Positions 29,900 to 43,917 of a stretch of DNA of 64,000 nucleotides are shown one piece after another. The notes beneath the pieces were generated by a model. That model was not told the origin of the DNA. It made no database searches and worked only from the letters and a program-made list of their open reading frames with translations. The position numbers were made by a program, and so were the translations under genes. Position 1 is the first letter of the stretch. Each line of letters opens with the position of its first letter. This DNA is from the human T2T-CHM13v2.0 reference genome, Homo sapiens. The DNA is taken from NCBI RefSeq assembly GCF_009914755.1, contig NC_060929.1. One strand, given 5' to 3'.

Positions 29900-30185
29900 T
29901 TTGGGAGAAAGGGCCTTGCTCTGTTGCCTAAGCTGGCGTGCAGGGGCATGATCATAGCTCACTCTAACTTGAATTCCTGGGCTCAAGGGATCCTGCCTCA
30001 GCCTTGCAAGCAGTTAGGACAGACTACAACTACAGGTATGCACTACCATACCTGGCTAATTACATTTTTTTTTTTTTTTTTTTTTGTGGAGGTGGAGCTG
30101 GTCTCAAACTCCTGGGCTAAAGTGATCCTCCCCCCTTGGCCTCCTAAAGTGCTGGGATTACAGATGTGAGCCACGGTGCGTGGCC
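29900..30185 (-). mobile_element. AluJ
   Basis: Diverged antisense dimer. Confidence 0.8.
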
Positions 30186-31025
30186 TCTCAATAACATTTA
30201 AGTCGGCCATTGACACTTTAAGTACCATCAGATCTGCTGGATCATATGGCCCAAATGGCAGAGCAACTTGCCCAATAGCCTGGACCTGTTGTAGAGCCTT
30301 CTCTTCTCCTACTAGGTATTGTGGTGTGTGTGTGTGTGTTTTTTTTTGGTTGTATAAGGGGCCAAATGCAACAACTTATTCTTCAGCTTACAAGTGGTAT
30401 CTTGACATGTCCTATACTGGTCCCCTAGGAATTTCATGAGGTGGAGGGCCCCAGATGTTTTGTGACACTTATTTCCTGTCTTCAGACATGTAAATATTTT
30501 ACCAATATGTCTAGAGTAATTGCTACTTCCTGCTCACCATGAGTAATCGGCATAATATCATCAATGTAATGGACCAGTACGAAGTTCTTTGGAAGGGGAA
30601 GACTAAATTATGACATAGGGCTAAAAGGTTGATATAGCCCTGTAGTGGGACAGGAAGTTGTACAGTGGTCTTGCCAGTTGAAGGTAAATTCCTTCTGATG
30701 GTATTTTCTAATAGGTATAGAGGGAAAAAGCATGTGCCTGATTAACAGCTGCATACCAAGTACTAGGAGATGTGTTGATTTGCTCAAGTAATGAAGCATC
30801 TAAATGGCAGTGCAACTGGAGTCACCATGTAATTAGGTTTATAAGAATCTATTGTCATTTTCCAAGATCTATTTCTGTTTTGCACATGCCAAATAGGCGA
30901 GGGGAAAAGAAATGTAGTGGTTATCACCACCTCTGCAACTTTCAAGTCTTTGACAGTGGCACTTATCTTTACAATCTCTCCAAGAATGTGGCATTGCTTT
31001 TAGTTTGCTATTCTCATAGGTATAA

Positions 31026-31430
<405 letters not shown>

Positions 31431-32543
31431 AAGTATATCTCTTTTAATTATGCATTCTGGAACTGGGGAAATAGCACAGGATGGGTCCAGGGACTCAACG
31501 GGTCTAATGAGAGATGAACCTGAGCTGAAACTCCATTGATCACTCGACCTCCATTAAGCCTCTACTCTGACTGGTAGGCCGAGTAAAGCTTTTGGTTTCC
31601 CCAGATTAGTATCAGGTCAGAGCCACTGTGTAGTAATCCCTGACAAATCTGATTATTTCTCTTCCCCCAATGCACAGTTACCCTGGTAGATGGCTATTGG
31701 TCTCTTCGGGGGAAATAACAATATACATTTTTGGCAATGTAGCAGACTCCTTCCTCAAGAGGATCCAGCCTCTCCTTCATTCAGAGTTCTGAGAGTGTAA
31801 ACCGGCCCAAGTCTGGGAATTGATTGAGAGGTTGTGACTATTTTGGTGATGCAAGTTAGGATATCTGTTTCCTAGAGACACAACGATTAACTAGCCAACA
31901 GCACACGTCTCTGTAAGTAAGACAATATTGTTTTAGCTCTGCTGGTAATTATAGTAATCATGCCCACCTACTTTTTGGCAATTAAGTGCCACCCTGGGGG
32001 GACACTTAGGAATCCTAGTTTGATGGTAGCAGTTTCCACTGTAAGATATATGTGACTAAAGAGAAGAGCAGCCGCAGATATCTTCAAGGATGCTAGGATT
32101 CTCCTCACAAATTTACTTCTTAGTCATGGTGAAAGGTATGTCTTCTGGACCCTCCTGGGGTGGGTAAGCAGGTCTTAAATGATAAATCCACTCTAATATT
32201 CCAATCTCCCCAAGCCTGTGGATACCTTTCTCTACAGATACCTAGGCAGTTCTGTCGCTTCAACTTCATTTAGCATAGGCCCTTCTGGGTGGATGGAGGT
32301 TAAACTATCAATGGAGTTTTCACTCAGATCCTTCTCACGGTGGGCTCAGTGGGTCCCCAAACCCATCCTGTGGTTATTTTCCTAGTTTGACATGCATAAT
32401 TGGAAAAGACATACTCAGCGATTAAACATAGCATTAGAGCTTTTTCTAAGCCTCTGAGATAAAACATTGAATCCAGAATCTCTGGTGGGTCCATATCAAT
32501 AAATTTGGCCTGACGGAATTTATAACCTTTCCACCTTGATCCC

Positions 32544-32989
32544 TATATGAGTTTCCTGGGGTGGTCATGACAAAGGACCACAAACTGTGTGTCTTGAAAC
32601 AACAAAATTTATTCTCTTGCAGTTTTGGGGGCTAGAAGTCTGAAATCAGGTTTTTGGCAGGGCCAACCTTCTTCGGAAGGCACTTTGGAATAATCCTTCT
32701 TTGCCTTTTCTTAGCTTCTGCTGGCTCCTGGCATTCTGCGGCGTTTCTTGGCTTCCAGTTGCATCACTCCAATCCCTGCTTCTATCTCCAAATGGCCTTC
32801 TTCCCTCTGTGCACATTTATCTATGTGTCCCCTTCTAAGGGCGCCAACCATTCGATTTAGGGCTCATTCTATACCAGTATGACCTCATCTTAACCAATTA
32901 CATCTGCAAAAACCCTATTTCCAAGTAAGTTAATATCGTGAGGGTCTAGGTGGACGTGAATTTTGGGGGATCCTGTTCAACCCTCCTCA
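32544..32989. mobile_element. MaLR solo LTR (MLT1C-like)
   Basis: TATATGAGTTTCCT...TTCAACCCTCCTCA; 5-bp TSD ATCCC at 32539-32543 and 32990-32994. Confidence 0.8.
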
Positions 32990-34088
32990 ATCCCACACCT
33001 TAATAGTCTTTGTATATTCTTTTGTACACTCTGAATTTTTTAGTATGTGCATTTATTACTTTTTCAAGTAAAATTAAAGGAGAAAACAATACCCCCGGAG
33101 TTCTGTGGCACTAAATATAAATATTCTTTCTGTCCAGTTTCTCCCTTGGAGGTCACTACTATTTAGTCTCCCTAAGCTGGTCTTCCAAGTCCTGCCCTTC
33201 TCCAAACTTTTACCAAACTGAAGACAAAGTGATTTTTCAAAATGATCTCAAGATCTGTCAATGAGGATTAAGCATAAGCGCCACAGTTAGCCTAATATGG
33301 CTTTTCATGATCTGGTCTCCACTACCCCTCTTTCAGTTTCATCTTTCAATACAATCCCCTGCTCCCTACCTGTTCCGCCCTGGACTCCTCGCGGGTTTCT
33401 GAACTGCCCAGGCCATTCCATCCCGCCCTATTCCGGGGCTGCACTCTGCTTCAGCGCTGCTTCTTGCACCCACGACTGCAACTCAACCGCAGAGGCTACT
33501 CCTCTACTCCATCCCAGAGATGAAGCATTTCGCCTTTGGATGCTTGAAAACGGTTAATATTTTCCCTTTTGTTTCTCTTAAATCAAAATGTTTACATGAA
33601 ATACTATGATCCAAGAACACACACTGCTGCGCTTGCTTAACCGGGTCGAGTTGAACTAGTTCGTCTTCTCCGCCCCAACCCCGGTGCCGTAACTCCCAGC
33701 CCCGGAGCAACTAGCCTGGCCCGACAGCGGAGGCCCAAGCCCGCTGGGCTCGGGCGTTGGAACCGTCCCGGCGGGGGGAAGCCCGGGCAGGACGCAGCCG
33801 CGCTTCACAGCTGAGGAAAACCCGCTGCGGCGTAGGGCAACGCTCAGAAGCCGAGAGTGGCACCGCGACGCGCCGGAACGCGTCAGCATCCTTCACACCT
33901 AAGACCAGACTTCCTCCTCCTCACCCAGGACGCTCCCCGCCGCTCGTCCGGTCGTTTCCCGCTCTCACACCCTCTGCCAGTCCCCACACAGCTGACAAGG
34001 GAAGCAAGCCAGCGGCGTCCGGGGACGGAGCAAGCGCAGCAGCCGCAGCGCGCGGTTCCCCCTCCAGGCCCCGGCGCCTCAGCCCGCA

Positions 34089-34192
34089 CACGTGTATGCG
34101 CATGCGCCGCGTCCGGGCCCTTCAGCCTCCGGCCGCACCTCCTCGCGCAGGGTCAGAGGCCGTGGGGCGGGCCACGGTGACGCGCGCGGAAG
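34089..34192 (+). promoter_or_regulatory. Core promoter motif cluster: E-box, NRF1, GC box, CRE half-site, ETS
   Basis: CACGTG 34089-34094; TGCGCATGCGC 34097-34107; GGGGCGGGCC 34164-34173; TGACG 34178-34182; CGGAAG 34187-34192. Confidence 0.7.
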
Positions 34193-34316
34193 CGCTCTGC
34201 GGACCCTCGGAAACCGCCCCGGCGGCTGAGAGGCTGCGGCCACTGCCTGGCACCCCGACGGGAGGGGCTCCGGATCGTTCGGAGCCGGCTGAACCCCTTC
34301 GGCCGCGAGCGACCGC

Positions 34317-34468
34317 ATGAGTCGGGGGACTATGCCCCAGCCCGAAGCGTGGCCAGGCGCGAGCTGCGCCGAGACGCCGGCGCGGGAGGCGGCGGCCACG
34401 GCGCGGGACGGCGGGAAGGCGGCGGCCAGCGGGCAGCCGCGGCCCGAGATGCAGTGCCCGGCCGAGCA
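34317..34468 (+). CDS. OTULIN: OTULIN exon 1 CDS (152 nt)
   Basis: MSRGTMPQPEAWPGASCAETP...EMQCPAE; donor CA|GTGAGT. Confidence 0.97.
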
Positions 34469-36869
34469 GTGAGTCCGCGGGGGCGCGGGGCGCGGGCCGT
34501 GGGCGGCGGGCTCGGTCCCCTCCGGAAGCCGGGCTGGGGTGGGGAGTCGTCAGCGGAGGGTCCCTGGGCGTCTTCAATTCTGAGTGAGGCCGTTGGCGAC
34601 AAGGAGGAATTGGCAGACAGTTTTCCCAGTGTCCGAGTGCAGATTTTTAACCCCAGGGCCCCTCACAATTCTGGTCACACAGTGACTCCCCTCTCGTCTC
34701 ATTTTTGATATCTGCATGTCTGAAGTTAAAGAAAGTTCCAGAAACTTGGGAAGCAAACCCGAGAAGTGATGTATTTTATTACTGGTTCCCGCTAGATCTT
34801 TCCTTCAGCCTGGCACAGGGAGGAAGTGAGGTCGACCCTGCTGCAGCCGCCGGAGAACGGCGCTGCGCGACTTGTTCTTGGAGGCGACGTCCCACCTGTT
34901 GGACAGACTTTGGACCCAAAGAGAATCTGACCCATTCTCTCTGACCCTTTAACGGCCTGACTAGTATGCCTTCCCGCTTTTCCTTTTGAAAAGGAAAGTC
35001 AGTGCTGGTTAGATCAATTTCTTACTGTACTGTGAAGACGACGATTTGGGAAGAGTTCCTAATTTCTGCAAGGGTCTGGGGGTACGCGTGGAAGCAGAAT
35101 AGAAACTCGAGTGAAACTTTTCTACACTTTCAAGTTTTAGGCACCTATAAATGCCCTTGGAATTTAAGAAATTATGAAAGCACACAGACAGCCAGTTTGA
35201 CAGATATTTTAACTGGCTGGAAAGTTAAATTTAAGATGTGTTTAAATGCAAAAAGCACTGCTAGAACTTTTGAAAAAAAAATTCCTAAAAAGGGGTCCTT
35301 TGGAGGCCTGTTAGGTAGATATTGTGTTATAATAACATATTTGCATAGTACTTAGACATTCTCATTTGTTGAGAGCCCCCTTGGGATGGTGTTATTCACA
35401 CTTAATGGGTTAATGGCCACTGGAAAATAAGATTGAAAGTCAGCGGGATTACCTTTTAGCATGAGATTGGAGGGGAGAAATATCCAAATCATATCAGAGA
35501 CTTAACCTCAGACTCTGCAGAGGGTTAAATAGAGGGTCTCTTGCCCCCAAGCCCTGCTCCACGGCCCGTGCTGGTTCCTAATCGCTGCTTTGCCTGCCTT
35601 CTACCCTGGTGGTGAGAACAGTGCGCTTAATTTAATGCCCTGTCTCACGTGCTGCATGCACCTCGGCCCCAGCTGTGTCATGCCTCCTGAGCAATGCAGA
35701 AACTTTGAAGCCAGACCATGTTCTCAGAAGTATATGTAGTTATTTGGCAAGTTTTCTGGTGGACATGATTCTCATTCAGAACACCTGTGAAAACAGACAA
35801 TGATAGGAAGAGTGCTCTTTCTTGAAGAGTTTTTGTGGCACAGGTGCCTCTTCTGTCTGCTGCTAGTAGAACTATATAGACTTAGAGCTGAAAGGAATGT
35901 AAAAAAAAAACTAGCCTAGGTTTGTCATTTTACACATTCACAGATTTTTAAAGTGTAGCTTGGCTGGAGAGACCCTGATGCATCAATGGGAACCTCCCCC
36001 TACCTCTTCTGGGCTTCCTCAGCAAAACCAGGCAGAGAGACATGATTTATAGTGACAGCCAACTTCACTTTTTTTCCCCCCTTGGTTTGCTTCCCAAGTT
36101 TGCTTCCCAGTAGATGTCCCGGTTTGTGTGTGTGGTTTTTAGCAGCTTAATTTTGCTTTTTCCTTATTTTTGTTGCGTTTGATTATCTCATTCTCTTTCA
36201 CCTCTCATAAGATGGGGCAGAACAAGAGAGGTGAGTTTAAGATGTCACCTTTTAAACATCATGTCTCAAGTTTTGGACTTTCTAGCCTTTTTCCATCTTT
36301 CTGACTCGGCAGTATCTGGGTAGTGGGCTGTTTCTCTATGGTATTTTCCTCACGGCCTAGAGAAACTAGTACAGTTGTCATATAAACAAAGTTTCCAATA
36401 TAAGGTATTCATGTCAATTCCTGCATGATGATATATACAGCTTAATAGTTGAGTATCAATTTAAATAGTGTAATGTGCATTTTTAGTCTGTGTTTTTTTG
36501 TCATTGGAGCCAAGGCCTTTCTTTCCGCCCAGATAGTTGGGTTTGCTATGCAGAGGAATTATTTAAAATGTTTACACTTAGAAGTGTGAACACTGTAAGA
36601 CTGTAGAAGTTTTGAGATATCCTATAGAGTCATTTTTAATACATTCAGTGGACAGTAATTACAAATACAAATCATAGCCCAACTTCTGCAGCTGAATTAG
36701 ACATTCGGGATGTGACTCTGAAGGCTGTGGTGACGAGTAGAGAAAGAGATGGCTTATTTCCTAGGTAGCACACTAGGTTACTCTTGATTCCTTTCCACTA
36801 AGCTCATCGCATTTCACACGTGAGAGAAGTGGGGGAAAAGAAACATTAACCACATGGATAAGCTACTTT

Positions 36870-37163
36870 GTTTTCTTGTTTTGTGAGACAGGGTCGCTCT
36901 CTGTTGCCCAGTTTGGAGTGCAGTGACAATCATGGCTCACTGTAGCCTCAACCTTCTGGGCTCAAGCGATCCTCCCACCTCAGCCTCCTAAGTAGCTGGG
37001 GCAACAGGTGCACGCCACCATACCCAGCTAATTTTTTTTTACTTTTTGTAGAGACAGAGTCTCACTATGTGGCCCAGGCCGGTCTCTACCTCTTGGGCTC
37101 AAGCAATCCTCTTGCCGCAGCTTCCTGAAGTCCTGGGATTACAGGCGTGAGCCACAGTGCCCA
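36870..37163 (-). mobile_element. AluJ (intron 1)
   Basis: Antisense dimer; CTACTTTGT on both sides. Confidence 0.87.
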
Positions 37164-38573
37164 GTGATGAACTACTTTGTATATCTCATTGCAGTTTTTC
37201 TTTCCCTCCCTCCCTTCCTTCCTTTTTTCCATACACCCAGCAGCTCATTTGAGAGCTGTGGTTGGCTCACATCTCCTGGACAAGTCCTAAGGATGGCTTG
37301 AAACATAACTTAGGGTCATATTTGAAGAACTCTTTTGTCAGACCAGATTAGTTTACCTTCAAGCTCCCTCTGCTGCTCTCCTATGCTCTATCCCCTGCTC
37401 ACTCCACCCCCAATATCTGACTCCTGCTGATCTGGTCCTGGGACATGGTTGCTGGCTAGGCCAGAAATGCTTAGGGAATTGAGAAGAGACTACTCCATGG
37501 CCCTTCTCTGCCTGTCTGAGGGTGAGACAGGGTTTGAATCTGTGGAGGCATACTGTCGGTGAACCCCTCTGAAATTGAAAGCAATTTTATGTATGTTTCT
37601 GGGCTTAGGTTCTGATGAAATCTGAATTCTCAGAGGGGCTGTGAACAAAAAAAGTGGCACACTGTTGTTCTTGTGGATGTATTTTCTGCCCCACCCCACC
37701 CCCAGATGCTGCTACAGTTCGGAGTAGGGATAAAGTCCACTTTCTCCCAACCTCATGAAGAGCCTGCTTTGAGGCCCAGAGCTGGGATGTCTCTAAGAAT
37801 CAAACCTTATTGAGAGTGGCTGCATTGACCCCGGATACCTCTGGAAGTCACATGGAGTAGCATGAGCCAGTCGTGGAAAGTCCACTTGCAGAAGAGGGGT
37901 GGAATTTTGGCCTGGGTGCCGGTACTTTCCTGTATTTGATGTGTTGTTCACCCATCTCTGAACCGCAAAGTGGTGAAGAAAGGCTGGGTTGAGTGGTCTT
38001 TGCTTTTCCTGTGCCTGTGTGGGAAGGTGTGTTAGTGTAATATTGGTTGACACTGTCTCACCAACATTGCCTTAGTGTTGACATTAGTCTCATAGGAGAG
38101 GCTAAGTTAAGTATGAACTGCAGGGTTCAAGTCCAGAGAGTTGAATTAAAAAAAGCCATACTTAGTTCTTATAGACGACTAAGGGGAACAACTTTTAAAA
38201 AGTTCATAATGGTGAGTGATTAAAATTCTGTCTTGTTAGCTTTGCATATACATTAGAATTGATTTTTTTTCTGTACGTATTTACTTGAATCAAAAATGGA
38301 AAAACTGGCTTCACAGAAATGCCTTCGGCTTCACTAAGTTCTGCTTTTAACTCACAGCTTTTGCTCTTGGGAATAGTATAATTTTGTGTCTGTACAGTAA
38401 GCATGTTTAAAATAAGTTTTCAAAAATTGGTTGGTATGCAGGTCTTTGAACAGAACAAGTGGTACCAGTTATAATTTAGTATGCAACGTTATATAGCTTA
38501 CTCAGTTGGATATGTTGCCTTAATATCAAAAATAAAATATTTTATCTCCAGGTTAAGAGAAAATAGGTAAATA

Positions 38574-38863
<290 letters not shown>

Positions 38864-38974
38864 AGAAAATAGGTAAATATTGTTTAATAGGAACTTGAAA
38901 ATATACACTTTAAAATAATGCCATAGTGCAAAACTAAGTATTTTCTAACTAGGAATTGTTAGCATTTGGTTTTA

Positions 38975-39268
<294 letters not shown>

Positions 39269-40105
39269 CGTATATATAATTTTTTAAATCGGCTTAATTA
39301 TTTTTAAGTTGTACATATTTATGGGGCACATAGTGATGTTTTGGTACACATAACTATAGTGATCAGGGTAATTAGCATGTCCATCATCTCAAACATTTAT
39401 CATTTCTTTGTTTTGGGAACACCTAATATCCTTCTAGCTGTTTGAATCTATATAGTAGATTATTAACTGTAGTTATCCTACAATGGTATAGAACACTAGA
39501 ACTTACTCCTTCTATCCAGCTGTAGTTTTATCCTTTATTTGTATCCTTTAACAAATTTTAACTGTGGAATTGAGGTTGACTGCCAGAAAATCAAGTCATT
39601 TAGACTTTGGCTTAACTTTTCTTTACCACACAAAGAATGTGTGATCTGGTGATCACCTGAGTCACTGAGCTTCAGTGGTTTCTTTTGTGTCAGAGTGGAT
39701 ACCTCTCCACCACCACCCCAACTTGACACACAAAAGGTTGCCAAATCCCTTTTCCTCATTGTTTTATTATCTTCCCATCCCATAACAAAAACGTAAACTT
39801 AACCTCTACCTGTTCCAGATTCCTGGCCTTTAGTATCATTTCATTGTGTCATTGTTTTCAGCTTTATTATTTTAATACTTAAAAAATTAAACCAAAAGTT
39901 TATTGAGTGAAGTATTTTTAAAATAAAATTATTATTTTTTGGCTCTGTTTCTTCCTCTCTTTCTGTTTGCTTATCTTTCTATTAGACGGGTAACTATTTC
40001 ATTCTGCCTGCGAAATGTCCTCCTTCCTGAATATATTGATTGCGCTTCATTGCTCAAACCTAAAACTTATTCTTCGGGATTATTTTTTAAAAATTAATTA
40101 ACTAA

Positions 40106-40335
40106 TTTTTTTTAGTGACAGGGTCTCACTCTATTGCCTGGGCAGGAGTGCAGTGGTGTGATCATAGCTCACTGCAGCCTCCAACTCCTAGGCTTAAGTG
40201 ATCCTCTCTCCTCAGCCTCCTTTCTAGGGGGGATTACAGGTGAGTGCCAGCATGTCCAATTAATTTTTTTTTTTTTTTGTAGAGGCGGGGTCTTGCTTTA
40301 TGCCCAGGCTGGTATTGAACTCCTGGCTTTAAGCA
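40106..40335 (-). mobile_element. Partial AluJ (intron 1)
   Basis: Antisense right arm and part of left arm. Confidence 0.8.
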
Positions 40336-43133
40336 GGATTATTTTTATTTTAATGGTGGCCTTTAGTAAAGGCTGTGTTACATTTTCTGTATGTCCTTGG
40401 TGGCCATGAAGTTAGCAGATGTTTGTGCACAGGATCTGAGTGAAATTCAGTTGTGGTTAAAGCAATTTGATTATACTCTGGTTCTCTTATTCTTCCATTT
40501 CTGCTTTGCTTTTTTCATATATCCTGAATCTGTGCTCTTTATTTCCAGTAATTTCCCGTTCAGCTTCCCTTTGCATTTAGTTCTCCTGTTTGTTCTGCTG
40601 TTTGTTTCCTTTCCTTTCCTGTTGGCCTTTGTAGGAATTTGTACTTGTGGGATGGAGAGTTGCTTGTTTAGAGAACCTCCTCTGGGCATTGATGTTGGAT
40701 TTTGGTTATTTTGTAGATTAAAAAGAAAGAGAACAAAAGTGGAGCCAAATGTGCATGTAGTATAGCCACAGATTTTGCTCGAAGTACAGTTTTCGTAGAC
40801 TTAGACTAAAGAACTGGAAGAGGAACCATGTAGCTTACACGGCCTCTTCCAGTCTTCTCATTTTGAAGATGAGAAAACTGAGGCCGTGGGGAAGTGGCTT
40901 GCCCAAAGATATATGCCTCTGATAATGATACTATGAAAGTGCTTTGCTTAAATGTCTGTTTTACAGGATTGGAATTTGTCCCTTATTTTATAAAGCCAGG
41001 AAAGGGGCTGAAAGATGTTAAATTATTGAGAGAAGAACGAACACATTTGGTCACTTTTGATTTTAGGCCTTTGATGTATGGTCCCCATGAATCAGGTTTC
41101 TGTTTGTTTTTACCTCTGGCATGGGCTCTAAGGATGACATCACACTTTTTACTTGAAATCTCACTGGAAGCAAAAGCACATGGAAAGTACCTTTTTCTGA
41201 TACTTGTTCCCTTACCCTCACAACGTTAAAATACACACAGTTACACATTTAGAGAGAAAAAAAGAAATAAAAATTGATAATTGGTCAGATTGTTCATTAA
41301 TACTTTGCAACAGTGGATATAAAATGAGAATAAGAATAGCTTACTTAATTTTGAGTGCTAATTATTTTCCATGTATCTGTTTCTTAAAAAAGCCCTTTAA
41401 GGTGAATACTCTTACTGCCCTTTTGACAGGTGGTTAAATCTAGATGCCGAGAGGTGTAGTTACTCTAGTCATAGTTATACATACAGCTAATAAGGACCAG
41501 AATGAGGACTAGTTAAATAAACCCTGGCAGTCTAATTCCTGGGTCCCCACTCCAATCATTGCACTCTGCATGCAGAGGGCTTACCCACATGGCGTGTATC
41601 GTGATGTGTTTGGCAGGGGGCAGGTCAGGAGTTGTGGGCCGTTCAGGAAGAGGGAACATCTGAGCAAATCACAGATGTATGGGCACATGATAATGTTGGT
41701 CAGGCGTTTGGACTGAAGTGTGAGTAATGCATAGGGAAATAATGGGATGCAGGCTGGAGTGGTGGGTGAGGTCCTAATTTTGACATTGGTTCCCTGAGTG
41801 GGAACCATTGAAAGGTTTTAGTGGGGACATGTGAGACTTCCTTCCTCAGTCTGGCCCTCCCAGTACCCCTTCTTCATCTGTCTCTTGCTGTCTGACTTCT
41901 TCCTCTTTCCCCCAGCTGTACTAGGCCATATACCAGGAGCTGGGGTGATGAGGGAATTGGGGGTAGGGGTATCTCAGTCATTCACTGAATATTTTTTTTT
42001 TAGCCTGGCACCTCCTCCTTCCTGTGTTCCACTGGGTCTGCAGCCTTGTGTGAGGATGGGGTATGCGCTCATGAGGCAGGAGTATGGGGAATCGGGGGTC
42101 TGATCATTGCTTATGTGAAGGTCAGCTAGTCTCCTTGTTTTCTGCTCAGTGTGTTACTCATGCCTCCTGAAGGACTTGATGCCTCCAGTTCCTGAGCCTT
42201 TCTGGGGTTCTGCCAGGTTTTCTGACTTGCCTGCCACGGATGCCCATCTCCCAGCCTTGGCTTCCCTGTCCTGTGTCATTTACCACTCCATCTGCTTTCC
42301 AGCTCTTTGGACTTTCACCTGTCTTCTGGTTTCATGAAAGATAGAATTTGGGTTTCTGTTTCCCTTTATTGTCATTTTGGGGTGAATCTTGGGGGAAAAG
42401 GGGTGCATCTTCAAACCAGAAGTCCCATTCTTCATCTTTGTCTAGCATCTAGTGGATTTTTTCCCTTTGTAGTACTTAGTGGGCTCTTGCTAGTTAACTA
42501 AAGTACTAGAGACTAGGAAGCTCTGAGTAAGAAGTCGGTAGTAGCGGACAGTGGGAATCTATGTAACAGCTGCATGGGTGGCTGGTTGATTGTGGGGTCA
42601 GGAAGCAGGAGGATTTCGAGGAGGTTTTTTAGCTTTGGCGATTTGTAATAACTGATGGTCTCTTCTTGTTTTTAAGGTAGCTATTGTCAGGTTTGCTTGT
42701 GACACGTTACAAAGGTCGGCAATGGGGCCTGCATTCCTATATAAATATTTTTATCAGCACTATCTCCATTCTTGGAACTTGACAGAATCAGTTCAGGAGC
42801 TTCACTAATAAGATGCATGCTATGATGTCTAGATATATAGTTGAGGCACTAATAGGCATTACAATTAAAATGCCTTCAGAGCTACCTAGCAAATGAAGTG
42901 ATGTAACTTGTCTTATTTAAGTAAGAAATTCTGAAGTAGAAGAAAGTGGTGAGATAGAAACATAAGCATCTTTATTCTTAAGATAGAAGACTCATATTTT
43001 ATTAGATTATCATCATGTAAAGTGAAAAAAGTTAAACCCTTAGTATATTATGCATTTGTAAGCAGCTGTATAATAGGATGGAAAATGTCAGTGCAACAAG
43101 TGTTTGAAAATGTCTGCTTTGGTGTAATTTCAG

Positions 43134-43210
43134 TGAGGAGGACATGTACCGTGCTGCAGATGAAATAGAAAAGGAGAAAGAATTGCTTATACATGAAAGA
43201 GGGGCATCAG
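43134..43210 (+). CDS. OTULIN: OTULIN exon 2 (77 nt), HOIP PUB-interacting motif
   Basis: TTTCAG acceptor; EEDMYRAADEIEKEKELLIHERGAS (Tyr56); donor G|GTATGT. Confidence 0.97.
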
Positions 43211-43917
43211 GTATGTTTGGAATTGTTTTATTTATAGAGTTCTTATTGTTTATAGCAGAAAATGCAGTTAAATCCGTATAACCATTTTCATAAAATATCA
43301 ATAAAATATTCTTATGTATATGGTCTTATCTACATTGATTGTTTTGCTGAAGTATGTTAGAGACTGTTTCCTGAGGCTTTTAAATTTTAATGCAAACATT
43401 CTCTCTGCATTCTTTACATTCATATCGTTTTTCACACCTATGAGGATTGTTTTGTTTAATCTCTTGACACCGTCCTCTCTCAGTTCTTGATTTCCTTATA
43501 TTCTTAGAGGGAGAGTTCAGATTTGAAGTGCATTTTTCATTTCAAATGGAAAGACTTAACTGAGAAACTGGCTGTGCACATCTTTGCATGCAGATGGCCA
43601 TATGAATGTGATTAAGTAATAAGAAAGACAGTGATGGGATCAGTAGCACAGAGTCTCATCGTTTTGTGATTTCATGTCTGTGTTTTTCTTGTCTTGCCTG
43701 ATCTTACCCCAACCAGGACCCATTGCTGCCGGAGTGAGGTGTTACTCCTGGACCCCTCCGCTGGTCCGTGGAGACTTGGCTGGCAAAGTTGCATGTGACG
43801 TACATCCTTAGTTCCCTGAGTGGCCTCATGCAGGAGCTGCATAGGGTTACTCTGATTTTGGGATATCCCGTGAATAATCACAAGTGGCATTTTCTCTTTC
43901 ATTACCTGTGTAATGTA

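Larger units (their letters stand above)
33625..34620. promoter_or_regulatory. CpG island / OTULIN promoter, probably bidirectional
   Basis: Dense CpG and high GC spanning exon 1; no obvious TATA box. Confidence 0.92.

Noticed and set aside
33757-34708. Several 100-187-aa ORFs on both strands
   Set aside because: Stop-poor GC-rich CpG island; low-complexity Ala/Arg/Pro/Gly peptides, many with non-ATG starts
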